This document shows, piece after piece, positions 29,901 through 42,700 of a DNA stretch of 64,000 nt. The stretch lies in the NCBI GenBank assembly GCA_002269645.1, contig NIVC01001456.1, positions 186,001 to 250,000 on the forward strand, in the 5' to 3' direction. Origin of the DNA: Macrostomum lignano (taxonomy: Eukaryota). Position numbers and translations under genes: made by a program. The first letter of the stretch is position 1, and every line of letters begins with the position of its first letter. The notes below the pieces were generated by a model, which saw only the letters and a list, made by a program, of their open reading frames with translations, was not told the DNA's origin and searched no databases.

Positions 29901-30129
29901 GAGAAATCAGCTAATCTCTAATCATTTCATTCTTGCTCAGTAATTTGTAGCCATCCTATAGCAGTCAGAGCTGCTGCTAAAGCAGTTGCCAACCTTTTAA
30001 TTACAAATCTGAGTCTTCTTTTTAGCAGAGCAGAACAAATCTGCACAAGATTTGATGCAATTATTGCTTTTTGTAACTAGCATATGAACACACTAAGATA
30101 AGCTCGTAGAATTTATGGCTGTTATGAGA

Positions 30130-31003
30130 AGCTAAGGCTGGAAGAAGCTAAGGCTGTAAGGCGCTAAGGCTGTAAGAAGCTAAGGCTGTAAGATGCTACA
30201 AGGCTGTAAGAAGCGAAGGCTGTAAGATGCTATAAGGCTGTAAGACGCGAAGGCTGCAAGACGCTAAGGCTGTAAGACACTAAGGCTGTAGCCTGTAAGA
30301 AGCTAAGGTTGCAAGACGCTAAGGCTGTAAGACGCTAAGGCTGTAAGACGCTAAGGCTGTAAGAGCTAAGGCTGCAAGACGCTAAGGATGTGAGACGCTA
30401 AGGATGTGAGACGCTAAGGCTGTAAGAAAATAAGGCTGTAAGACGCTAAGGCTGTAAGACGCTAAGGCTGTAAGACGCTAAGGAGATGCTAAGGCTGTAA
30501 GACGACAAGGCTGCAAGACGCGAAGGCTGCAAGACGCTAAGGCTGCAAGACGCTAAGGATGTGAGACGCTAAGGCTGTAAGAAGATAAGGCTGTAAGACG
30601 CTAAGGCTGTAAGACGCTAAGGCTGTAAGACACTAAGGCTGTAAGAGCTAAGGCTGCAAGACGCTAAGGATGTGAGACGCTAAGGATGTGAGACGCTAAG
30701 GCTGTAAGAAGATAAGGATGAGACGCTAAGGCTGTAAGATGCTAAGGATATAAGACGCTAAGGCTGTAAGACGCTAAGGCTGTAAGACGCTAAGGCTGTA
30801 AGACACTAAGGCTGTAAGAGCTAAGGCTGCAAGACGCTAAGGATGTGAGACGCTAAGGATGTGAGACGCTAAGGCTGTAAGAAGATAAGGATGAGACGCT
30901 AAGGCTGTAAGATGCTAAGGATATAAGACGCTAAGGCTGTAAGACGCTAAGGCTGTAAGACGCTAAGGCTGTAAGACGCTAAGGCTGTAAGACGCTAAGA
31001 CTG
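30130..31003. repeat. 16-bp minisatellite (gctaaggctgtaagac)
   Basis: Direct reading. Confidence 0.94.
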
Positions 31004-31699
31004 ACGGTAAGGCTCTTAGACCCTGACACCATAGCAGCCATGCCATTCGGGTTGTTATAATTAACAGAGATGTTTAGCAAAGGCACCAACACACTCATAC
31101 AATGATGAAGCCAATCACTGCAAAAGGCTAAGTGGTTTCATCTGTATACATCTGCTTTTTCCCCTCATTAATGCCTCATCACGAGAGTTGGGCAAACAAC
31201 CATAGCCCTTAGCTTTCATAGTTGCTGCTTTTGCAATAATTTAGCACTGCGCAATGCAGAATACCACAAGATCTATTTTAAGCAGAGCGTGTGAGCAGCT
31301 CATCAGGTCCACCAGATTGCCTAAGGATCGAATGACTGCTCATGTCTGTCGAGAACTTGAGAAGATTGACAAGAAGCATGAGCTAATGGCAGTAAGAGTC
31401 ATTTCAGGGAGAAATTTTCAGGGTGGGTCCTTTATCCCCCTCGCTTCTCTACTCGGCTTTCTCAATCCCATCTTCTTTCTCTCTGCTCGACTACTCGAGT
31501 CTTCCTGTTGCTTTTGCTCCTCCCTGCCTGCTTTTCTCTCCAGCATAAGTGCGTTCCAGTTGCCTCTTCACTGCGAACCACAGAGCGCTGCCTCCCGCCA
31601 CTTCCTTTCTCTGTGTGCTGCTTCATTTTAGGGACTTGCCCTTTGATGATGGGTTTCACTTACTGCATGGAGCTCTCTGACTGTCTCGGCTGCTGTCTG

Positions 31700-32102
<403 letters not shown>

Positions 32103-32427
32103 TCTCGATTTACCGAGATTTCTCGGTAGTTGCTCGCACTCTTTTGCACTACTTGAGTAGTCTGATTTTCGTTCGGCATGGCTGGTTCCAGTAGGTAGTT
32201 CCTCTGGATAAAAGCGCTTACCGCGCCCATTGGCTTTCCAGCTGCCTTAATCGTTTCCGGTGATCTTGTGTGCGTGCTTTCAGCGTGATTGGCTGCGGCA
32301 AGCAAGCTCGAAAGAGCTCGCTTCGCTCGCTCTTTCTCGCTATCTACTATCTATCTATCATCTATCATCTTCATCTTCATCACGCATACAGGTAATTTTC
32401 ACTGCCAGAAAGCCAGCCAGCACCAGC

Positions 32428-34795
32428 ATGGAGGCTGCGCCATCCATCGGGCTGCACTGCCCTCATCCGGAGCGGATTCGAACTCCGGACTCCGCATGCG
32501 AATCTGTCCGAGCTGCAGTGAACGCCATCATCGGCTCTGACGGTGGCACCGGCGGCGTCTCCGAAGCCGAGCGTCGGGCAATTCAGCTTGCCAACTTCTC
32601 CAACTGGGAGCACGAGGACGCCCGGCTGCTGGTGTACATGCGCCAGATGTACATCGATGTCGGCTTGGTGGAGCGACTGCCGATTGATGAGGACAAACTG
32701 CTGGCGTTCCTGCTCAAGATTTATGCTGGGTATAACCAGGTAAAGCTATGGGTTGAGATTTGTCAGGGTGAGATTCTAGGAATCTAATGATGAGATTTGT
32801 CAGAATGAGATTCTAGGAATCTAATGATGAGATTTGTCAGAATGAGATTCTAGGAATCTAATGATGAGATTTGTCAGGGTGAGATTCTAGGAATCTAATG
32901 ATGAGATTTGTCAGGGTGAGATTCTAGGAATCTAATGATGAGATTTGTCAGGGTGAGATTCTAGGAATCTAATGATGAGATTTGTCAGAATGAGATTCTA
33001 GGAATCTAATGATGAGATTTGTCAGAATGAGATTCTAGGAATCTAATGATGAGATTTGTCAGGGTGAGATTCTAGGAATCTAATGATGAGATTTGTCAGG
33101 GTGAGATTCTAGGAATCTAATGATGAGATTTGTCAGGGTGAGATTCTAGGAATCTAATGATGAGATTTGTCAGAATGAGATTCTAGGAATCTAATGATGA
33201 GATTTGTCAGAATGAGATTCTAGGAATCTAATGATGAGATTTGTCAGGGTGAGATTCTAGGAATCTAATGATGAGATTTGTCAGAATGAGATTCTAGGAA
33301 TCTAATGATGAGATTTGTCAGAATGAGATTCTAGGAATCTAATGATGAGATTTGTCAGGGTGAGATTCTAGGAATCTAGTGTTGCAATGTCAGGGTGAGA
33401 TTCTAGGAATCTAGTGTTGCGATGTCAGGGTGAGATTCTAGGCAAAATATACCAACAGCATTTCCACGCTAATCTCATTCCTTGTCCACAGGTTCCTTTC
33501 CACAATTTCCGTCACTGCTTCATGGTGACGCAGATGACCTACTCAATAATCTGGCTGGGCAATCTTCATGCAATCTGCTCAGACTCCGAGCTTGTCGCAC
33601 TGCTCACAGCCGCTGTCTGTCACGATCTGGACCATCCCGGCTTATCGAACTACTATCAGCGCTTGGCTGCCACCAAGATCGCATCGAGCTACTCGGCCTC
33701 CCCGTTGGAGAGCCATCACGCTGCCACGGCTCTGGCGGTGCTGTCGGACCCGGCTTGCGATATTCTGGCCAGCCTGACAGCAGAGACCCGCTCCGGAGTT
33801 GAGGGCGCAATCCAGAGGCTGATCCTGGCCACCGACATGGCGCATCACGCCGACATTTTGGCCGAGTTTGAGGCGGCCGTGGAGGCCGGACAGTTCAGCC
33901 GGCAGGATCTGAGCGACTGCTCTGCAGATAGTCGGGAACTCCTGCTGCGAATTGTGCTCAAAACTGCCGACGTTAGCAACGAGGCGAGGCCCGTGGCAAC
34001 CGCTGAGCGATGGATCGACTGCCTGCTGGCTGAGTTCTTTGCCGAGGCGCGGTTGGAACAGGAATCTGGTGAGGGAGCTTTGATGATGCGCATCGCGGGA
34101 AAACTCTTGCTGGACCAGTCTCCCAGATCCTCAGTTGCTGGGCCAGTCTCCCAGATCCTCAGTTGCTGGGCCAGTCTCCCAGATCCTCAGTTGCTGGGCC
34201 AGTCTCCCAAATCCTCAGTTGCTGGGCCAGTCTCCCAAATCCTCAGTTGCTGGGCCAGTCTCCCAAATCCTCAGTTGCTGGGCCAGTCTCCCAGATCCTC
34301 AGTTGCTGGGCTATCTCCCAGATCCCCAGTTGCTGGGCCACCAGCCTCCCAGATCCTCAGTTGCTGTGCCAGCCTCCCAGATCCTCAGTTGCTGTTCCAG
34401 CCTCCCAGATCCGGCAGTGTACCCCACTGTGCCTTGCACGTTGTCCCTTTGCACACAAGTTTTGGCAGATGCCAAAAACTCATTATCTCCTACTTTAATA
34501 AGTAGTGTACGCATACTCTCCTGCACCCTCGCAAGGCATCAGTCCCCTGCCGTTCATGAACCCGGCCTTGGTGCGCAAGGCGGTCAGTCAGCAGCAGTTC
34601 ATCGGCGGCATCGTCCTGCCGCTGTCCCGCGCCCTCGCCCGCGTGCTGCCGCGCACTGAGACGGACATTGTGCAGCCGGTGAAACGCCAGCTGGAGTTCT
34701 ACACTCGCCTGGTTGAGGATGAAGAACGGGAAGCTGCTGCGTCGCTGAGTAGGATTGACGCAGATGAGGATAATAGCGGCGCTGGTCAGGCATAG
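32428..34795 (+). CDS. Class I cyclic-nucleotide phosphodiesterase, PDE9-like (cGMP-type), 3 exons; 5' end uncertain
   Basis: Exons 32428-32739, 33492-34068, 34536-34795 (TAG), phase-consistent (last acceptor is AAG). Motifs PFHNFRHCF.VTQM, CHDLDHPG, LESHH, ILATDM, KTADVSNEARP, WIDCLL.EFF, PFM and SQQQFI closely parallel PDE9 (PFHNFRHCF, CHDLDHPG, LENHH, ATDM, CDISNEVRP, WVDCLLEEYF, AQIGFI). Confidence 0.9.
32750..33440. repeat. 37-bp minisatellite (gagatttgtcagggtgagattctaggaatctaatgat), about 18 copies, filling PDE intron 1
   Basis: Period 37 (32761 to 32798). Confidence 0.95.
34112..34410. repeat. 28-bp minisatellite (ccagtctcccagatcctcagttgctggg) in PDE intron 2
   Basis: Period 28 (34143 to 34171). 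Confidence 0.93.
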
Positions 34796-35178
34796 CAAAA
34801 TATTTGTTTTTTGCATGCTGTAAGGCTGGCGAAGTTAGTACGCAGTTCTTTTGCGAGGAATTAAGGTCGCAAACAGATACTTTATTATTAACGATTGCGT
34901 TAACGTTTGTATTGAAATCTAAATCCAATTCAAATTGGCACGAATGAGGAACGGGTGAATTGATAAAAGTCGAAGTACTAAATCATTCCAAAATTAACTA
35001 ATTTCAGTTTTACATCTCCACTATATCCTACGAGTATTCTGTGTGTTTTGTTTTTGCCTCCTATCAGATATCTTGTTGAATTATTTTTCGACAAGTTTGA
35101 TATTAAGTTACGAGTAGTTGCGCTTATTCAGGGGTTGGCAGTTTTTACTTCGATGGCCAGGTAAAGAATACAGCTCAT

Positions 35179-35357
35179 GGCCAGATGAGAGAGGAAAGGA
35201 GAGGGAATAGAGCAGAGAGAAGTGGAAAGGGCAGATTAGAGGAGATGACGACGAGAGAAGAGATGAGGTGAGAGATAAAGGAGAGAGAGGACATATGACA
35301 TAGGATAAGAGAGGAGAGGAGATGAGAGAGGAGAAAAAGAGAGCTGAGAAGAGACAC
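35179..35357 (+). repeat. Dispersed GA-rich repeat, copy 1
   Basis: Begins GGCCAGATGAGAGAG and ends AGCTGAGAAGAGACAC; the same termini appear on the minus strand at 59897-60125. Confidence 0.7.
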
Positions 35358-36085
35358 AAACCTTGAGCAGGCGGAATTCATTAGTGAAGTTTTAAAGAAT
35401 CCGAGAGCCGGAAAAAAGAGGCTTCGTTGCACTTTGCCGGACTTTCCGGGTTGATCAGGTTCTGTAATAACTGTGATTTTTGTTTGTTGCTTTAAAACCT
35501 CATCTGCGTTCTCTTTACGAGCTTTGTCATTCGATATACATCTGTAAAATGTGTGTCGCATATTTCTATACAATATTCTCTATCATTTTACATGTAATTT
35601 GTGTTTTTATTATTTTTATCAGGTTGCTGTGATACAATGACTGCTCTCAGTTAAAATTTTCCATTTCGCTTTGCATGACCTTGACCAATTCATATGAGCG
35701 TTGGAATTTGTTTCGTTTGGACTTATTTATATAACAGATTTTAGACTGACTTTTAAATATCGAACTTATGCAATATTAACGGCCACTAATATTATTTAAA
35801 TGACATGATCGAAGTAAAATTTCAATGACATTTGTGAATTTTCAGTTAAATGTGCAAAAACTGACTTTTGAAATCGTTTTAAATACAGTTAATGTTTAAC
35901 ACTTCTATAGCGATTTTTGCTGACATGCTTACTGCTTGAGCTGTCGTGAAATTATCCGGGTCACGCATTGTCCTCCAAATGTCTTTAATTAATAGAGGCG
36001 CACGACTTGCGGGATTATTGCAATGCTTATACTTATACGAGTAGTATATCCGGATAGTTCTCACACTTGTCCCAGACGGTTCCTA

Positions 36086-36502
36086 GTCATTTCGTCATCT
36101 GGGTGTCTGGGGTGCTCACCTCGACTTTGGTCACTTCGTCATCTTAATTAGCATGCACTACCTGAAGAGAGTCATTTTTGTCTTCCACCAATCATATTAG
36201 TTCCAACTTCAAGTGAATTAACGTGGCAATCAAACATATTTACTTGGAAATCCTAATGATCCCAGTCATTTTGTCATCTGGATTGATAAGTCGATCGATC
36301 GGTTCTGCTTGCCGCAGCTTAATAGTTAATAAAAACAAAAAAATTGTTTACTAACTCGAATCTCACACAGATTAATTGGTTGATGAAGAAGTATCCAGCA
36401 TAACTAAATATTTGGTCACTTCGTCATATTATTTTTCAAGCTACTTTGCTTCTGGCCACTTCGTCATCCGATATGACGAAATGGAATATGACGATCTGAC
36501 CA
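36086..36502. repeat. Interspersed 14-bp motif GTCAYTTYGTCATC (6 direct and 2 inverted copies); possible DNA-transposon subterminal array
   Basis: Copies near 36086, 36129, 36171, 36265, 36414, 36456; inverted ATGACGAAATGG at 36473 and ATGACGATCTGACC near 36489. Confidence 0.6.
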
Positions 36503-37639
36503 GTGACCTCCCAGATCCAGAATAAAAACGGAAATATCTACCTCAACACAAGCTTAAAAGGATTTTTTGAATGAAACAATTTTTCTGAGTCTCGAATGTA
36601 GCAACACGGTTATATCAGAAAATAGGCTACGAACAATTTATTAAAATTAACTGTCTTATTGAAGGAATCTGCGCAATTTTTGTTTTAATGCACGTCGTAA
36701 CGATTTTAAATAAATAAATCACTTAAATTTTTGTCATGCTAATTAATTATTATTAATAATGTTTGTGTGCCGATTGCCGATTTAATGACAATTAATTAAA
36801 CTGAGGTCTTATATAATAATATATGTTAATACCCTTTAGATTTAAATTTCAGCATCACTGCTCTCTTCTGTTTGAGTTCTCCGCTGTAAGCCATTGGTAG
36901 TTGGTAATAACTTTCTTGTATAATAGTTTAAAAGCATTTAGCTATAATAAATAAAATTTGCCCTAGGCCTAGGCCTTGCCTATAGCAAGTTGGAAAAAGG
37001 ATTAAATAGTGAAGACTCAAGGAATATGTTTGGTACTAGGCTTACTTGAATATCAGATAGAGGAATGTTATCATTGGGCCTATATTGACTAGGCCTAGGC
37101 TATATATAGGGCCTAAAGTCTAAACTGATTTTTTTGTTTTATTAACAATTATAATTGCAATACAAGATTTATTAACAAGTTGTAAACTTAATTAGCTTTA
37201 TTAAAAACTTATATGCAGTTAATAATAAAAGTGTTTATTAGCAAAAGGATAGGGGCCTAGATGTTTGCAGAAAAAGTGAAAAATCATATAGTTAAGTCTC
37301 AATGGACAATGGCATGAGGCACTTTTTCAAAATTGATCAATCACTAGATCAATGGTCCAGATTAACTGCAACTTCAGGGTGGACCACAGATATGCAATAG
37401 AGCTAGTGTGTGGTCATTTCTTTATAAAACTTTTAAAAAAATACAGCTATGTAAATTGTAAAGCTATTTTTTATAATATAAGATATGATGAGTCATATAA
37501 AGAGTTATTTTGTGATGTTTTTTGCATGTATAATATTTTTTAATATACTTGCACTGGCCACTACTGGCGACTTGCAATATACAGACAAAAGTTAATGCAG
37601 ATTCCCTTGACAACTAGTATCTTAAGCAATAGAAGTAGG

Positions 37640-37935
37640 CTTTGATAGCAGTGAGAGTAGTAGCAGTAGGGGCACTAGATTCAGCAGCAGCAGGGGTAGC
37701 AGTAGCAAGGGCAGCAGCAGTAGGGGTGCTAGATTCAGCAGCAGCAGGGGTAGCAATAGCAAGGACAGTAGCAGTAGAAGCACTAGATTCAGCAGCAGCA
37801 GGGGTAGCAGTAACAAGGGCAGCAGCAATATGGGCGCTAGATTTAGCAGCAGCAGGGGTAGCAGTAGCAAGGGCAGCAGCAGTATGGGCGCTAGATTTAG
37901 CAGCAGCAGGGGTAGCAGTAGCAAGGGTAGCAATA
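37640..37935. repeat. 54-bp tandem repeat (~5 copies), open on the minus strand as TATPAAAESSAPTAAALA
   Basis: 18-aa periodicity in ORF 37614-38078 (-). Confidence 0.85.
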
Positions 37936-39625
37936 GTAGTGGTGTTAGATTCAGTACTAACAGGGATGCCAGATTCATCAGTATGACCAGAAGTTAGGCT
38001 CAGTAAAGTGCTAATTCCTACTGTTTCTGGCACTTTCCTCATGAAAACAAAGCTTTTTCTTGCATCTGTTTTCAGCAATTGAGGCTCTACATTTTATTGC
38101 AATAGAGATTTGAATATATATATTGCAATATTTGAGAAACTTGGGAATCAACACAGAGAGATGCAACATTTTTTAAATAGTTTAATTTCTTTAAAGCTTG
38201 GGTGTCCCCAGGCTAAGGTAGGTGCCAGCCACAAAAACTGTGTCACAGTTGGCTACTTGCTAATCCATGCAGTGAAGCCACCCTTTAATGTATTTGTAAG
38301 CATTGCAGCTACTAGTCATTTCTTTAGTTCATTTGCCTTTTGTCTATTTTATACTCAGCTATTTTCTTCCTCTTTGTCTAGTTCAGTCTTGACTCTTGTT
38401 ATTCTTAATTTTCTCCCTTGCTGCCTTCTGATTGGCCCTTCAAATTTGCCTCCTTCCTTAGTTGCATACTTTACCCCTCATTTTCTTAATCTGCCTCAAT
38501 CCCCCTAATTTAATGTCATAAATATACTTGTTTGGGATAGTGCAAGCTTACTTCTGCTAATGCTGACTTATTGTTCCTATCTATTGCAGCATAGGCATAT
38601 CTTGCACCTTCCACTAGCTTTTGCTAACTGCCAATTGGCTATAGGGAGCTGATCCATCATTCTGGCTTAGTGGGCATCTAGTATGTCACAATGGGCACTT
38701 GCCTAAGGTCAACTTCAAGGGGCAGTTGCCCCCCCCCCCTTTGCCCCCTGCTCTTCCTTTTGATTTGCTTATTTCTTTTTCTTCTTTCTTGATTGGCCCT
38801 TCAAATTTGCCTCTTTCCTCAGTTGCACCTGGCTAAGGTCAACTTCAGGGGGGCAGTTGCCCCCCTCCCCCTTTGCTCCCCCTTGTATCTACCCTTGCAA
38901 ACGCTTCACCTTTTGTGAAAAATAGAAACTTTAATGAGTTTGTCGTTTTAGGGATAGGAAGTGCTTCATAATATTACTTTGTAGTTATTTTTGTTAAGAT
39001 ATATGATTCATGAATATCTTTAAAAAGTTCTATTGAAAAAAATTTCATTTCTCAGTTTTCTAGAATATTTAAACATAGAGAAGTCTCATCATAAAATGCC
39101 TATCACAAGAAAAACAATAGAGTTTCGAAAAGGTAAAATAATACAATAGATTGTAACTCTATAAAGTAAATAAACAGAATTAAATAAATCAATGCTTTAC
39201 TATTTTAGCAAACATCTAAAATTTATCTATTGTTATCTATTGTCATTGATTGAAATCTAATATAGCCAAAATAGCCAAAACCTTTGCAACAAAGCCTAAA
39301 GTCTGTCTTAGGCCTAAAATGCATAGAAAGACCATAGAAAAACATTTTTGCCATTTTTTCTATAACCAACGCCTTTGATTCCTTTTTCTTATAGTAAAAA
39401 CAATTTACTATATTAAAAGTTGTTTCAAAGCAAAGCAAAGCAAAAGTTTTTTCTCAATGACAAAAAGTCCAATTAGAATTAAAGTCAACAGTGGTAGAAA
39501 ATTGACTAGGTAGGTTTACTTGTAAAATAAGATAAAAATTTTTTTGTAATATATAATTAGGGATTAAATTAGTAAGTAGCTGTAGCCATAATTATAATGT
39601 TACTACTAGATGGGTTATATAGGCT

Positions 39626-39745
39626 GATATCTGATTTATTACAGAGCAATCTTTGATATCTGATTTATTACAGAGCAATCTTTGATATCTGACTTATTAC
39701 AGAGCAATCTTTGATATCTGGTTTATTACAGAGCCATCTTTGAAA
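39626..39745. repeat. 29-bp tandem repeat (gatatctgatttattacagagcaatcttt) x4, ending just upstream of the RBM33-like ATG
   Basis: Period 29 (39626 to 39655). Confidence 0.9.
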
Positions 39746-39750
39746 ATTGA

Positions 39751-42700
39751 ATGTCTCGCTATCGCTACGCCAACGATCTGGATCTTGAGCCAGACGATAT
39801 TGATGATGATGACGAAGAATTCGTTCTAGAACATCGAGTTGGCCTGACAGCATCGGCTGCTACTGCCAGTGGCGGAGCTAATAGCGATGTTGGTCGCTAC
39901 CAGCTCACAGAAGAGGATGAAGAACAGCTGCTGGGCAGCGATGCGGAGTCTTGCGACGGAGCGGCTGCTCCGGCTGCAACTGCCCAGCTGATAGGCAGTC
40001 TTAATAACGTCGACAATGACAATAGTAATACTAATAATAATAATAATAATAGTAACCAAACTGAAAGCAGCGATAATAATAGTAATAATAATAATGATAA
40101 TAATAATGCCGACGGAGTCGATCTACACGACGAAGACGATCCCGACGCTATTGTTGTCGGCGTTGATATCGACGACGAAGATGTCGATGATCTGTTGCAA
40201 CTCTCCGCTGGCGAAGACGATATTGACGACGAAGCGCCTGCCGCCCCGCCTGCCGCTGCTCGGTCGCCCATTGCCGTCAAGCGGAAAGCATCCTCGCCGA
40301 TGCCGCCGCCGACTGCCCCGCCTCAGCCAGCGGCATCAGTCGCCAACGACAGCATCGGCAGCAGCTCCAAGGCTTCAATAATGAATTCACCCGAATTACT
40401 GACTAAAAACGGCATAGTAACCATCAAGCGTCCAGAATTGCCAAAGCCGCTTGCACACAGTCAGCAGTCGAGTTCGTCTGCCAGCGCTCAGCTACCAGTA
40501 GACGATGACTACGAGCGACGCTACGAAGAATTAAAAGAGAAGCAAGCTCGAATCCGGCGCATGATACAGAATAAGAAAGAGCAGAATAGACTGGCTCGGG
40601 TTGGAGCGGCTGCTCCTAAGCCTCAGCAGCCTCAGGCTCAGCCGCCGCAGGCGCCTCAGCAGCGGCAGAATCAGATTCGACCTTCAACTGGTCCCGCTGG
40701 TCCCCGCGCTGGAATAGCGGCCCGGGCGCCAATAGCCGCTGTTCCGACAAAGCCTTTGATGCAGCAGCAGCAGCAGAGGCCTGTGCGACCTCCATTTGTA
40801 CCGCCGCAGCAGCAGCGGCCGTTTGTTCAAAGAGCCGCTCCGGCCGCAACCAGTCTGCTGCAGCAGCATCGCGGCCAGCTGCCCCGACAGGCTCCAATCA
40901 ACTCGCTGTTTAACAATCACCAGCTCAGGCAGCCGATGCCCAACCAGCAGCAGCAACTGTTCATGCCGGCCTTCTCAATGTCATCGATTACATCATCGGT
41001 TGTCGCCAATGTTGTCGCTTCCGCCGTGTCAGCCGGCGTTGCTCACGGTCGTCGGTCTGTTCGCATCGCCAACTGTCCGCCTGGCACCGGGCCTAACGAT
41101 TTAAAAGTCTATACTGAGCTGGTGGGGCCTGTGCAGGTACGCATGGTTGAGTTCTTGTGCTGCTGTCTCTTGTTTTCTGTGCTTTAAAGTGTGCTGAGTA
41201 GTTAATGGGGTGGCTAAGAGCGTAGCTGAGTGTCTATTAATGTAGCTGAAGGGGTAGCTGAGTGTCTATAGATGTAGTTGAAGGGGTAGCTGAGTGTATA
41301 AATGGATGCTGAGTGTTGATTAAGGGTAGCTGAAGGGTTAGCTGACTGTACGAGTATAAATGGTTGCTGAGTGTCTTTAGATGTAGCTAAGTAGGATGTG
41401 GGAGGCTGAGTGTATAAATGATTGCTGAGTGTTGATAAAGGGTAGCTGCAGGGGTAGCTGAGTGTCTATAGATGTAGCTGCAGGGGTAGCTGAGTGTCTA
41501 TAGATGTAGCTTAAGGGATAGCTGAGTGTCTATAGATGTAGCTTAAGGGATAGCTGAGTGTCTATAGATGTAGCTGAAGGGGTAGCTGAGTGTCTATAGA
41601 TGTAGCTTAAGGGATAGCTGAGTGTCTATAGATGTAGCTTAAGGGATAGCTGAGTGTCTATAGATGTAGCTTAAGGGATAGCTGAGTGTCTATAGATGTA
41701 GCTGAAGGGGTAGCTGAGTGTCTATAGATGTAGCTGAAGGGGTAGCTGAGTGTCTGTAGATGTAGCTTAAGGGATAGTGAGTGTCTATAGATGTAGCTTA
41801 AGGGATAGCTGAGTGTCTATAGATGTAGCTTAAGGGGTAGCTGAGTGTCTATAGATGTAGCTGAAGGGGTAGCTGAGTGTCTATAGATGTAGCTGAAGGG
41901 GTAGCTGAGTGTCTATAGATGTAGCTGAAGGGGTAGCTGAGTGTCTATAGATGTAGCTGAAGGGGTAGCTGAGTGTCTATAGATGTAGCTGAAGGGGTAG
42001 CTGAGTGTCTATAGATGTAGTTGAAGGGGTAGCTGAGTGTATAAATGGTTGCTGAGTGTTGATTAAGGGTAGCTGAAGGGTTAGCTGACTGTACGAGTAT
42101 AAATGGTTGCTGAGTGTCTTTAGATGTAGCTAAGTAGGATGTGGGAGGCTGAGTGTATAAATGATTGCTGAGTGTTGATAAAGGGTAGCTGCAGGGGTAG
42201 CTGAGTGTCTATAGATGTAGCTGCAGGGGTAGCTGAGTGTCTATAGATGTAGCTTAAGGGATAGCTGAGTGTCTATAGATGTAGCTTAAGGGATAGCTGA
42301 GTGTCTATAGATGTAGCTGAAGGGGTAGCTGAGTGTCTATAGATGTAGCTTAAGGGATAGCTGAGTGTCTATAGATGTAGCTTAAGGGATAGCTGAGTGT
42401 CTATAGATGTAGCTTAAGGGATAGCTGAGTGTCTATAGATGTAGCTGAAGGGGTAGCTGAGTGTCTATAGATGTAGCTGAAGGGGTAGCTGAGTGTCTGT
42501 AGATGTAGCTTAAGGGATAGTGAGTGTCTATAGATGTAGCTTAAGGGATAGCTGAGTGTCTATAGATGTAGCTTAAGGGGTAGCTGAGTGTCTATAGATG
42601 TAGCTGAAGGGGTAGCTGAGTGTCTATAGATGTAGCTGAAGGGGTAGCTGAGTGTCTATAGATGTAGCTGAAGGGGTAGCTGAGTGTCTATAGATGTAGC

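Noticed and set aside
31254-31631. ORF MQNTTRSILSRACEQ.. as an upstream PDE exon
   Set aside because: No similarity to PDE9 N-termini that I can recognise, and no phase-matched acceptor for its best donor.
33414-34505. 363-aa ORF taken as the complete PDE
   Set aside because: It starts within intron 1 repeats and reads through intron 2's 28-bp array; the spliced model restores the conserved C-terminal PFM/Q motifs.
36086-36502. CRISPR array interpretation of the motif-spacer pattern
   Set aside because: Eukaryotic context, 14-bp repeat, irregular spacer lengths, mixed orientation and no cas genes.
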